A stretch of 64,000 bases of DNA from Tubulanus polymorphus. Its lineage: Eukaryota > Animalia > Nemertea. The notes under the pieces were generated by a model that was not told where the DNA came from, ran no database searches, and was given only the letters and a program-made list of their open reading frames with translations. Shown piece by piece: positions 13,001-25,700 of this stretch (positions are counted from its first letter, which is position 1; each line of letters starts with the position of its first letter). The stretch is taken from assembly GCF_964204645.1 (NCBI RefSeq), contig NC_134031.1, positions 20,839,910 to 20,903,909 of the forward strand, read 5' to 3'. A program made the translations under genes and the position numbers.

Positions 13001-16000
13001 AACCTTATATAATAGCAGCATGCTCCATGCTACCTAGTGTTAGAATATACGAATGCATTCCAACTCCAGGACTTGGCCTCCCTCTCTTTTTAGTGGTGTT
13101 TCTCTATTAGAACTATTGCTACAACTGCCTGGGACATTAGTTGAGCACGGACTGACTCAAATTGCAATCACCTTTGTAAACGAACCAAGCGTTGACAACC
13201 CCGAGGGTTACAGTGTGCCAAAACAGGATAAGGTACCATCGCCTTGACTGGATCTGATACTCGCAGCATGAAGCTAAAGAATCAGTCAAGCTCACATCTC
13301 CCATACGTGAGTGGTTTACAATGAATAGCTGCTCATGGTTTACAAAGCCCTCTTTCTTCTGGCGACCACATCAGCGATTGTGGAACCCGTTTTGTGTCAT
13401 CCCCCGAAGGATTGGAATCCTCTACTTCGTCATCATCATTATTTCCTTGCATCCATTCATCGTCATTAAAAAATTGTCTTCATATTGTGGGAAGTCACTA
13501 TCTATGCCATATATCTCATTGCTCATGTCAACCAGTGCAGAACGTTTAGGACGATCCATAAGTGTAAATAAAAAGAGCATAGATTCTTGATTTTTATCCA
13601 CCAAGTCCCAAATTTGATCCATTAACGAAACACCAATGAGCTGCATAAGCACAATATATAGTGCTTTAGATGTATATATCAGTAATATTTTATTAATTTT
13701 ACCTTAAGGTTAAGTTCAGGTATTCAATGACCTAAGTTCAGCGAGTTGGATAAATATTGGGCTTACGTGGAGCCTGTGTATTGAAGAGATTCTGACTCAA
13801 TGTCGCTGTAGTACGGTCCCAAAATTTGTAGTATGGGTTACGAAGGGTTCAAAAGTAAATGTTTGCAATTTTTTTGCGATATAAAGCCTGCCCAAACCCT
13901 TGGCTCAAATCTGAATTGTCTTCAATATGATGTAAGTTCATGCAACAGTATTAAATTCACAACTGACGATACAACATCCAGATAATAAACTGAATCATCT
14001 GGTTTTTACCTCTTTGAAGGTGATTTATGAAATGATAAGATATAACAATGAAGAATTCAAGTCAATATGATCAGGATGATTGCACGACTATTCTGAATGC
14101 CATGATACTATTTTGTTTGGCCAGCAAGTATATCTATCATAGACTCCTGGAATGACCGTAATTCTGTTTGTCAGGTTTAATGGCGAGTCTCCTCAGTTCG
14201 CGGTTGTTAACCATGGAATAACTTGACACAATACCTCTTTATTCCGGATCAGTGGAGGCTACAACAGAGAGAGCAAACAAAATGTAATGGGTCACATTAG
14301 TAATGCCCAAAAGTTTGCCATATTCTATACTTATTTTTCACAAAAATAGGAAGTTTCACTTATACTTTCATCTAGTGCTTACTTTTTTTGCCTCAGTCTC
14401 ACTATTGCTGGTGAAATATTCACTAAATCATATGACATTTCCAGTATCTCAAGGAAGTGAATTATCTAAAGAGAGATAATTCAGTGTTTGAAATGTACAT
14501 TGTATATGCAAAATTCTCAGGCCAACTGACTTCATTGACAGCAACACATCATTGAGACAAGCTGATGGATTAATAAGCATTTTTCATGGTAATGACTACG
14601 ATATATCGTTGTTTGATGGAAGAAACGCTCATAAGAAGCATCAAACTGTTTGCTTGAATCAAAGCGGTTCTAAATTGCAGATTCTAGTCCTCCCCTAAAG
14701 CACAACATTGCCTTATTTTCCTGTGGTGGCAAGCATCTGAAAAATATCCGTGATGTTAACTTAATTCCTGGATTCAGTTCCACAGTTGTGAGTTGGGAGT
14801 TTTACTCTTTAGTCAAATGTGAACTCACAACTGTGTAACTGATTGCGGGTCTTATTTGACTGAATTGGATGTTTAGAACCTGGTCTCAAATACACGATCG
14901 AGCAAAACTGTGACTGACATATCTTCGCACAAATGCAGTTTCTAGTCACACAATATATGTGTATAGCTTTGTAATAGCCTTTCTAGCAACAATTTCTTCA
15001 CAAAAATCTTTTCGGCCTCCTCCCAAGGGTAGCTTGTTGTCTAAGACAAGAGTGCGTGTGCTGACTGATCCTTCAACAGAGTTGGAATTATTTTGCTTGG
15101 TATCAGTTTCATGGAGCTTCACTCCTGTCTATATATAGGAAGTAAACATTGCATCTTATTAGATAGCTACCATCTTCTATGCATTCACAAGTTCTTTTTA
15201 TTGCGGAGCCTGAAAAATGTGCTGCAATATCCATAAGTTCTCCAAAGAATGAGTGTCCCAAGTTTTGTGACTCGCTATATTACTGGGATGGCAAGACTTA
15301 CTGTCAGAACATGCTGTTTGTTTTCTATGATTGTAGTTGATTTTGTGGAAATTTATTCTTGTTTTCAAATCTCTATAGATAACTACCATTTCCTACCGGA
15401 ATGAATGTTACTCAGCAAGGAGCAGTTATATGATATACAGTACTCTGTTCAACCCGTATTCAATTGGCTCGGATGACATGTGCCAAGGACATTTGCCTAA
15501 ATATCTTACAGATTTCTTTGTGCCATTCATGTGATCGCAACCCATGCCTGCTCAAACTGCCTCGAAAATGTTGCACTTCTTGAAAGAATATGTTTGTCCT
15601 ACATGTTCTGAGGCTAGCAGAATCTACATAGTTCAAGACCAACCCAGAATAATTTATTAAGCCTCATCTGATATGTGTAAATGATTATGTAAATAGACGA
15701 GCTTGCAACGAACGTTTATGATTCAGACCTATTATAACCATTAGTCAAGGTTGCATGGTGAATAAAAACAAGCTGTCACAAATGATGGTAAATGAGCTGT
15801 ATAATAAATAACTAATATTTCTTCATTCCAGTTTCATGTTTTTGCTATGTTTCTGTGTTATTTGTTATTTGCATGTAGTTTGTCGATCTATACTGTACTT
15901 TATTTACAGGGTTACATGATATATGCTTATTTCAATCATGTATTATAATCATGTCTTCCTATTAAATCTTTTTGCGATGATCTATTTTCTTGTTTTGATG

Positions 16001-19000
16001 AAAATAATTACAGTTGCAGCTGCAGATGGTTCCACCAATGCTAGGTCCGGAGATGACAGAGATTCAGCTGATATTGCAGCCGTAAGTTAGGGTTAGGGGA
16101 CTTAACTCTGCAATATTTATGAAAGCAAACTGGATACTGAACAGGAGGGCTATTCATGAGTATATGCTATGTGTGTAACAAATGTAGAATATAACCATCA
16201 TAAACTCAGTGATGATTTCAATGAAATGATTTGGATGCCGGCTCGTTTGTGTTCTCATTAAAACCCTAAAAAGTGCCAAATTTACTAATTGTGTTTCCCC
16301 CTAGGGCCAAAATGTTCGATTTAAGACCCCTTTTCTCAAAATGACTAAATGGGTACCTTAGATGCGCTAAGAACTGATCACATTATAAAAAAAATTGTTA
16401 ATGAAATAAACTTTCTAAATATGCATATCTTCGATGTGAGCTGATCAATCAACGTATCAAAAAATCTCAATTATTGATAAGTCTATTTGTCGAGTGATCC
16501 GCCTGGAAGATCCCATACACCATCAAATTTTTAACCAGACCACTAATATGCATTGAAATCAAATCCCATCACTATGTGAATTATTTTTAGTCCTGCACAT
16601 CCGTTAAACTGAAATATACTGAAAAACTGAAAATTCTATTATTTGTATCTATTGAACTCTTAGGATGATTTGAAAGTGACAGTTGGAAGAGGAGGAAGAT
16701 TTGTCACGAAAGATGAGGTAATTAACCACATTCTCACCAGCCATTGAAAAACATGGAACTGAACCATTTGCTTCTCTGTGACTGTGTTCCTTCATTGAGC
16801 GAAGCAGGAAATGTGATCTTCATTTTTGCTGCTTCATTCGCTGAATCTCGATGCAAGGGTGATAGTTCTGTATTGGCACAACTTCCCGCAAATTTGAACG
16901 AAAAGTGATCGTATGTCGGAGGTTGGGATAGGGTCCAGACAGATGAGGACTTAACATATTACATTACCTCATATTATTATTGAAGAGCTGTTACTCTAAC
17001 TCTAGTTATAAGTTTAAGAAAGATTTTCTGTTCCTTCTGCAGGAGGAGACTGCGTCAAACCCTGGTCGTCTGAGGAAGAATCATTGCAGCACATGTGAGG
17101 CTGATTTTTATGGTAATTTTGAGACTCATCGCTTTACACCGAAGCACGTGGTAAGTCAGTGAAATGAAAAAGATATTCTTGAGTTAAGTTGGGTTGGTTG
17201 CGTGTTAATTCAATTTGATTATATCAATAACTTAACATCACTTTTGGATTACAGGAACTTTTGAAAATTTTGCTCAGGAAAGGATGCAAATATTGTGGTG
17301 TTCAAAGCTTTAAAAACCATCATTTTTTCAAAGACCACGAAACATCGAAAGAACACCAGGAAAATGTGGTAAGCAATGTTTTCTTTTTAGAGTCTTGAAG
17401 TATATCCCCATAAATCATACTAGTATGACAGGTGAACTCATCCTGGCTGAATGCGGTACAGCTGCTATAGAAGTGTTATTTCGCCACTGGCAATGTTATA
17501 AGTCAGACAAATAAATGAAGTCCGATGTAGTTAAATTGCTCTGCTGTTAAAGATGTGGCCTGTAACCAATTGTTGATGTGCATTATGTGATATTATTATC
17601 ATTTGAAAATGTTGATTTGCAGAGAAAAGCGACTGAAGAAGCAGTTACTGGTATTTCGAATGCCAAGAACAATAATCAACCGAAAAAAGAGAGAAAGGGA
17701 ACCAACTCTGAACTGACGAATCAAAATTCTAACAAGGATACCAGAAGCGTACCAGAAGCTGCGGCTTCCAAATCGCAACAAAAGCCCGACGAGCCAGTGG
17801 TTCAGCCTAGTGCGCATACTTCGAAAGACAATCAACATCAACAACAAGTGGATAGCAATAAGAGTGTGGTTAGTGATCAAACGACTATAGTTTTGATGCC
17901 TGTTGACACTTCTACACCTGTCATACAGCAGAACGATGACAGATCCGTCATCAAAAAACAAGATTCAGCTCCTTGTAGGAGACTCATCAAGCGATCTACA
18001 CCTGGAGCTAAAAAGGTATTGCAAGTTACTGTTCAGACGATTATTTCCAGGAGAGATTCAAATTTGGCCGTATATAGCTATGACTAAGAGCAAGTTCCAT
18101 TAGTAATGATTTAATAGTACTTTTCTTTAATAATGTTCCTATTGTGATTTATAGCCGTCACCTGTGAGGGATTGTTGCACAAATTATTTTATATGTTTTG
18201 ATAAACGTGTGCGTTTTCAGTCAGCAAAATCTAAGAGAAAAGATGTTCTCATTACGAAAATAACTGGCCCAGAACCGAAGGCTCCTGTCGAAGTGGTTGA
18301 ACTAGACACATCTACCAATGCTGCAGACTCGACTTCAAGGGGTAACAACAGAACTATTGGTAAGTAACTGTGTTGATGATAGCATCAATGGAAGAATCAA
18401 TATGTCAACCCAGGTTACTGCGAGATTGCCTTCTAAACATGTACCGGTACGGCCAAAATTTGATTTGCAAAAACAACATTTCAATGTTGTAGTTATGCCG
18501 CACCAACCTACGAGTGAATCGAGTGCACCAGAAGCTGGGAATGATACTTGCGATGAAGACAGAGAAGAAAAAGTAATAAAATCTTGACATGATGAATAAT
18601 ACATTTCATAATCATGTCGTGAATCGCAACGCTTATGTAAAAAATTGATCTAATTATTTTAGCCATGCGTAGACCAGTTATTGGCCACTGTGACATCAAC
18701 GATATCAACACCTGCTCATGACTCAGTTCAAGGAGGACCTATAGGTAAGTTTTTGTCAGAGGAACACAACCTTAAGTTCTAACAAAATCTGAACACAGGC
18801 TTTTTGAAGCAGCTGTTGGCACAGCTGTTTTGATTGAAATTCATCATTTTCTGACCAAAAAGATTATGAGGGAAACTAGAAAGAATGAGAAGTGAATTGT
18901 TGAGCACCTGCATTGTTTGTTATGAGTGCTATACTATAACAGTCAGTAGTAGTATATCGTGTAGCATACCTTTAAGTTACTCAATGTTCCTTAACTTATT

Positions 19001-20292
19001 GATGTTTCTCTCAAGATCTGATTTATTAGAGTCAGAAAAAAAATTTTGACTTGAACATTCATGCATGATTATCTGGATAATATGAAATTCATAAATTCAA
19101 CACAAGTTTCTTTATTTGCCACATGTAGGTCAGGAATTTATTGTTCCTGTTCAAGGATACTTCTGTAAGCTATGTCACAAGTTCTATAACAATGAGCAAA
19201 CAGCTAAGATCGACCATTGTATGTTGAAAAAACATTACGAAAACCTTCAGGTAGGATTTGCAGTATTACGTACCCTCGATACAGTAGCCCCCGCTTAATC
19301 CTGATCAGTTGGGATTTATGAGAAATCCTAATCAAACAATGTATCTTAGATACAAATGGAATTTTTTTCCAATTTTTCAGGCGTACATCGCGAAGCAGTT
19401 GCGTCCATCGATGTCGATGTCAGTGACTATGACCGACAGCAGGATGATGGATACATCCATTCAAGAATGCAGAGAATCGTCTCAAGCAGATGCCCACCAA
19501 TCCGTCGATCAGAATTCACACTACGTCACCGTTAAAGATGAAATGAACAAGTCACACGAAAACGTCTCTCAGAGTACCACAACGGTTGCGCTACAGTTAG
19601 TGACACCGGCTACAGATAACACAGATAGTGCGTCGACTGAAATAACTGAGTTAGCCGATGCTGGTGCTCCGATGGATACAGAAGAAGCTTTCGACGAAGC
19701 CGATGATGGAGATGATGACGAGCGCATTTTGGATTCGGACAATGACGAAAATAATGATCAACAGGAAAAAGATGAGGATAGCACAACTGCAGCTGATACT
19801 GACGAAAAAACAGACTCGGATGAGAGGGGGCAAGGTGAGAGTCAGAGAGTGGATGACTTGAACACGAATCCGATGGAAGATGATGAATTGCTCGATTATG
19901 ACGACGATATGGGCGAGTTTGAGAACGATTCATTACTCAATAATACCGACGGTGAAAAGAAGGATAAGGGTAACGATGAAGATAATAACAATGACGATGA
20001 TGATGATGAGGATGAGCGTGAACCTCGCTACGAAAAGAGGAACAGCGAGAAAAGTGAATTAGAACCTCGTCAGAACGCGTTCAAGAGACTCGGCAAGTGG
20101 AATAATAACAGGGGAAATCCGGGACGCGGCAATGGTCGTGGTAGGCAAGACATGCGATGGAGAACGCAGGCATACAATGGCCCAGTGAGAGTTCATGGAC
20201 AACCTCTTATGCGACCTCACTATGTGCCCTCATCGCCTTTTATGCCGCTTCCTTTTAATGGCTACAACAATAATTCTTTCAATTATCGCTAA
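7077..20292 (+). CDS. Matrin/U1-type zinc-finger nuclear protein (CIZ1/Matrin-3/Pep-like) with coiled coil, three ZnFs, and acidic and RG-rich C-terminus
   Basis: Exons about 7077-7470, 7913-8199, (8523-8544), 16014-16081, 16664-16717, 17043-17150, 17255-17368, 17623-18015, 18221-18359, 18663/18672-18744, 19129-19250, 19381-20292. GQEFIVPVQGYFCKLCHKFYNNEQTAKIDHCMLKKHYENL matches the matrin-type ZnF. CSTC..HRFTPKH and CKYC..HETSKEH are further U1-like fingers. Exon phase around 18221-18672 is unresolved. Confidence 0.8.
7723..7820. repeat. Perfect 49-bp tandem duplication (2 copies) in an intron
   Basis: atttggcgcccacgagtacatgaattcagttagctccgctgtgctcgtc at 7723-7771 and 7772-7820. Confidence 0.95.
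13050..13650 (-). mobile_element. Internally deleted, decayed piggyBac transposase relic (PGBD2/3-like clade)
   Basis: Minus-strand translation FIVNHSRMGDVSLTDSLASCCEYQIQSRRWYLILFWHTVTLGVVNAWFVYKGDC, then TKKRGRPS. This matches the piggyBac C-terminal catalytic segment YNxxMGGVDLxD...SRRWY..IFWH.....VNAWLLY. Confidence 0.8.
14765..14845. mobile_element. Palindromic MITE-like repeat, same family as 24172-24281
   Basis: cagttccacagttgtgagtt ... aactcacaactgtgtaactg inverted arms. Confidence 0.65.
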
Positions 20293-20638
20293 GACGAATG
20301 TGTAATCTATGCTGAACATGCCGATCTGAAAGCGACACTCACTCTTCATATTCAATGCTTTGATGTGATTTATTCACTAAAGCTGATTGTTAATGAATGA
20401 TTAAATCATTTCTTACTTGCATAAGTTTTTTTCATGAGGAAATTCTTTTACTAGGTCTGATCATTTTTTCTGTGTCAACTCAAAAGCAAGTACGTGTAGT
20501 GAATTTACTTCACCCAGTCACGATTCATGTTCGAGTGACATCAGGACATTGTAATCTATCACAGTCTGCATTGAACATTCAGCCATATCGCATCATCCGT
20601 GCAGTGCACTGTGTATTGTAGGGGTACTAATACATGTA

Positions 20639-20897
20639 CAGGGTCAGATCTAAGGAATGAAAGCCACTTGCCCAGGGGGCAAGCATATCTGAAATTTAAC
20701 TTGCCCCCTCCAAAAGCTACTTGCCCTACACAGGCAGTTTGATTGGTGGCATTATCATCCGTTAAATCGAGTGGGAAAAAAAGCTTTGAGACATAAAATT
20801 GCACTAGCCCGGGGGACAAGTGATAATGATAACCTACTTGCCCTGATGAGAATATACTTGTCCCGGGCAATCGGACAAGTGCTTAGATTGGACCCTG
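20639..20897. mobile_element. MITE with CAGGG termini in the probable 3'UTR of the zinc-finger gene
   Basis: TIRs CAGGGTCAGATCTAAG and CTTAGATTGGACCCTG match at 14/16. Repeated internal ACTTGYCC motifs in both orientations. Flanked by ATGTA on both sides. Confidence 0.85.
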
Positions 20898-22731
20898 ATG
20901 TATGACAGTTGTCGATAGAGATTAATAACAACATGGATACATGTTGGGTACTTGTAATACAGGTTGATGTGATTCGTTGTATAGTATGTTATATTGAATC
21001 ATGCGTCAAATACTGCATTGTTATAAGAAAAAGGATTCATTCTACCCATGAATACTGCGATATCACGCTGAATTGAATATACATAGAAAACTAGTGTTAT
21101 AGGTCGTTATGACCTTGATGTAGTTCCATGCCTGTACATTGTATATTGATTTTTTAGAGGTGATATCTCGTAAGAGGCACACGCGTTCACTTTTTATATG
21201 ATTCGGTTAAGCTAAAATTGAGGATCCTGAGGTAGAGGACCATTTTTTTATTTTTGACGACTAGAATGCTGTGTATGATATTGTAAATAGATTATCCATT
21301 GACAAAATGTGTACATAGTGTATAGATGGTACAAAATAAGCATCTTCCCACTTACATTCAACATACATGGTACCATAGTTCATATTGTCCTGTAAGAAAT
21401 GGCTGTTCAATATGGCTAGGTTCAATATGAAGCAATCTAGTTATTGCTGTGTATTGGGAGGGTGCACTGGATATATAAAAGATATAATGTTCTTTGCGAG
21501 AAGGTTTTCATGAACTGTATTAACTTCAGGTCGCCAATGACCATATTTCTGTTATATGCTGGTCACACTGGACTCTTTTTGAAGCTAATTTAAGCATGAA
21601 TTTGCCTCTAGTCTAATTAGTGTAATGCGGGTATTAATTTACTTGCTACTGAGACGACTAATTAATGCAATACTTATGTCTATTTATTTTCGTGTGACAT
21701 CAATTTATTTTTGGGATATTTCGCTTACCTCAAATTGGTCTTAATACGACTGGTGAAACTTTGCAGTCTAAATAAACCCTTGTTTTTGATTACTAAATGG
21801 ATATAAAAAAGGATGGTTTATTCAGACTGCACACTTCCACTGGTTGTATCGAGACCAAATTGAGGTATGTGCTTAAAAGGGAAGATTGGAAGTCAGAAAA
21901 AAATGGACTTTAGACCTCACCACACCTTTGAGGCCAGATTTTAGAGAAATCACTGAGTGGAATGCTTGTGATTGATTATGGTACATGTAGTTTATTTTTG
22001 AGGAACTACTTGTGCAAAAGGTAGTGAGTAGTATTGATTATCCACTCTATTTAGAGTTGTTCACTTATGACCAACGAGCACACATGCATGGCAGGTTATA
22101 TGACCATGAATCTGTTTGAGCTTTGAAAATTTTTCCAGTGTGACCAGGTCATTGAATTGACCGCAATTTATGTGTAGAGTACATAATGGTGCATAACATA
22201 TTATGAATTAGTTTTACTTAACGCTCATATGTATCAATGAATGTGACATGTTTTACAATAAAACAATAATTCATTTATAAACTGTTTTTGATAGAATTTA
22301 TATCATTTTTGAAGTCTTTATTGATGATTGGACTATGGACAGTCTTAAGAATTCATGATTGAACCTATTGAATGATAAAAAGTACTGGATGCGCTAGGAA
22401 TGAGCATAAGTCAATAGTTTTGGAAGCAGTGGGCTACATCATAGAATTTCTTTTTGACACACCCGAACTGACAATAACTTAAGGTGATAGATAGTATGCT
22501 CGCTATGTGCCCAAAACCGGATATACACCGACTTGTGTACGAGAGCACTGCCGGGAAATAGATCGATGCCGTCCCGATGTGAATATTCTCGGAGCGACCC
22601 GTTTCTCATTGGAGTTATTTGTCCCCTGCGCCATATCTGCACGGTCTTCAGTTAGCTATAATAAAAAACATGAAAAACTAGTTCTAAAATCCCTAAAACA
22701 GAGCCTCAAATAGAGGAGACAGGAATAAATA

Positions 22732-25700
22732 ATGGGCGCTGAATCGAGTACAATACATGGTTTGAACATAGAGAATTATGTTGCTGCTTCTGAACTGAAT
22801 TATTACTGTATTCATGAGGCGAAATTTAACGACGGAACTCGAACGACGATCTTCACCTATAAAAACCCCACATCATCGAAGAGTAAAAACTCAACCGGTC
22901 GAAAATCTGAATCTGAACACATACGCCTGCTGCTGGAAAATTCTGCTAAGGTATGTCTGATACCGTGGCACCGCTGACAGGGGAAGTCAATCATTACCGC
23001 TCCTAACTAACACCCTAACCCAACACCCCCCCAGCATTTGGCGCTTCCTGCTCTGGTGTTTATCTAAAAAAAACCTGATTTTTACCTCAGAGCTCTGCAT
23101 CTAAATTCGCTAATTTCATTGTAGCACTTGAAGACAATACGCCATCCTACTATTATAAAGTTCCTAGCTGCTGGAAGATATCGTAATGAAAGTGTACTGG
23201 TCACCGAACCTGTTAAACCTCTTACTCTAGTCCTAGATCAACTGAGTCCAGCAGAAGTTTGCGCTGGACTTTACAATATAGTCGAAGCTTTGATCTTTCT
23301 TCATGATAAGGTAAGTGGGTGTTTTTTGAATCTGGTTCAAATCCCCAGACAGAAGGATGGATGAACTGGGAATTTAACCTGAAGTTTCTTGCCAGTGTTG
23401 AATCTTCAAGTTTGTAGAAATTGGTTGAGTAAGAAAAAAGATTACTGTAACATCGACTAATGTTTTGGTTTTCTTCCATTTATCCGAAAAATACGCTTCA
23501 AGGCGTATATGTTCAAGGGTGGCTCCGAGTGTCATGTTAATCACTGATACATCAGTGGGTGGCTCCAGGTGTCGCAGTTTTCACTCATACAGCACTGGTA
23601 CTTGGGTGACTCCAGGAGTCCTTGGTATTCGCAGAGTCAGTTGGATGGATGGCTCCGGATGATACAAACATTCACTGAGGCATTAATGGATAGCTCCGGG
23701 TGTACATTCAATGGTGATACATCAATGGGTGGCTCCGGGTGTCCCATCATTCAATCGATGTCCATTGTAAAAACGATCATATTTCTGGTTTTTTAGGTCG
23801 GCATTAGTCATAACAATGTTTGCTTGAACTCCATATTCGTCGGCCAAGATGGAGGATGGAAACTGGGAGGTATGGAATGTGCTTTCCGATACATGGATGC
23901 CGCTTCCAATATATTAGAAAATAACAAAGACATTCGCGACGAAAGAGCCATACCACCTGAAGACAAGGTAGCTTCAGTTGATTAGATACATTTCGGTTTG
24001 TGAATGGATGAATACGAATTCATTATAATCATATTTTTGCTAATTTTACAGGAGAAGAGACAAACTATGTCATATCCACTGCACGCACGAGATGCTTTCG
24101 GTTTTGGAATGTTGGCCGAACTGCTAATGGAAAATCTTGGCGAATTAGGTAATGTTGAGAAATCGGTGTATTCTGGATCCAGTTCGACAGTTCTGAGTTA
24201 GATTTGAGTCATGTGAGTTAAAACATTGAACTGATTTAACTCTTGAGTTAACTGTAATTCACAACTGTGGAACTTGATCCTGAGTTTTACTGTAGCATAG
24301 ATTAATATGTAGTCCAATTGAGATTCAAGTCGAATCCAATCAACTTGGAGATCCCGGAAAACAGTTTTTCTTGGATTGGTTTGTTTCTGACTGTTCATAC
24401 ATATATGAATCATAAAAATCTATGTACCATTTACATGGTTCAAAAAGAATGCAATGTTGATATGTTATGATTTTCAGGTGCAATGACCGAGGAGTTCGCT
24501 CTGAAAATGCAAAATCAGTTTCTCAACCCTGACCCGAACGAACGACCAAAATTATCAACTCTGCTGGATGACGCACTATTCAGGTACATGCTTGTTACTG
24601 CTTCGATCTGCGACCTGATACTTTATCGCTGCGCTCTCTGAAGGGAGTAGGTCCAAACTGCATTAACTTGTACCAGTATCGCTTGTTCAATTTTGATATC
24701 AAATCCTCGAGGACTCGAGATTTTAGGATACAATTTATATTCATCGAATGAGCAATAGTAGTAACCGGCGTGATTGTTTTGTTTCAGAAATGACTTCATC
24801 GAAATAATGTGTTTTCTCAAGAATATAACTGTGAAATCCGATGACGAGAAAGAAGCTTTTTTCAGGTAATCATCATTTTGGAAAACAAGGGGAAAAAAAT
24901 GGAATTTGTGATAAGATTTGAGGAAATTCTGGACAAACGGGGAAATAATATTGTTGCATTCATTCATCTCCATCATAAGAACTTAAACACTTCATTTTAC
25001 ATCATTTGTTCAGTTAAAATATATTGGCTGAATGACTGGGTTAGCTTACTACTTGGGTCTGTCAAAATAACAACTCTCTCGTCTTTCTACTGCCATTCAT
25101 TATTAGAACAACACGTTCTGCTTTTACCAGGAAAACAAAAATGCATGAATATTGTGTTGATCCTGTTAAACACGGATGATGAAGGAATGATGTCGATTGT
25201 TTCTGGTTTTGTAGCCATATTGTAGAGAAGTTATTGCGTTTGCCGATGCAGTTGGTCGCTAGTCGTCTGGTCACTCCGTTATTATCGCGGTTCGTATTGT
25301 TAGACGCAGCAGCGAACTGTCATCTCGTGCGACACCTTCTTACTCCAAGAATTAAAGGTTCGTATGACCTTAATCCACATTTCGATGAGGGTTTTTAGGG
25401 GAATTATGACAACCCCAGCCCCAATATAAATAAGTATATTGAAATATCTTTAATTGCAATCTATTCCATGTTGAGCCTATTTTTCAAGTGTTAATTATTA
25501 ACTGATTTAGGATCCAAGGCGACGTATCCAGAAGGCACAACGCCGTTACTCAGCGAGAAATTATTCAAAGCTCACGTCATTCCGGAATTATTCAAGATCT
25601 TCCACGTTCGCGATGCTCATATACGACTCGTATTATTGGAACATTTTCCGTTGTACGTTGCTATGTTTGATAAGGACACATTGACCGATGTTATACTTCC

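Larger units (their letters stand above)
8700..15660 (-). pseudogene. Decayed coding-like, exon-like segments antisense within the long intron (fossil gene or intron-containing transposon); family not identified
   Basis: Several minus-strand blocks are bounded by pyrimidine-tract AG acceptors (near 14737, 14258, 10857, 9851) and GT donors (near 14009, 11021, 10709). Their translations look protein-like but are broken by stops and frameshifts. Confidence 0.35.

Noticed and set aside
19610-20062. Overlapping alternative-frame and antisense ORFs in the acidic last exon (similar ones at 17599-18103 and 27202-28044)
   Set aside because: Shadows of low-complexity coding exons with no independent motifs or splice support.
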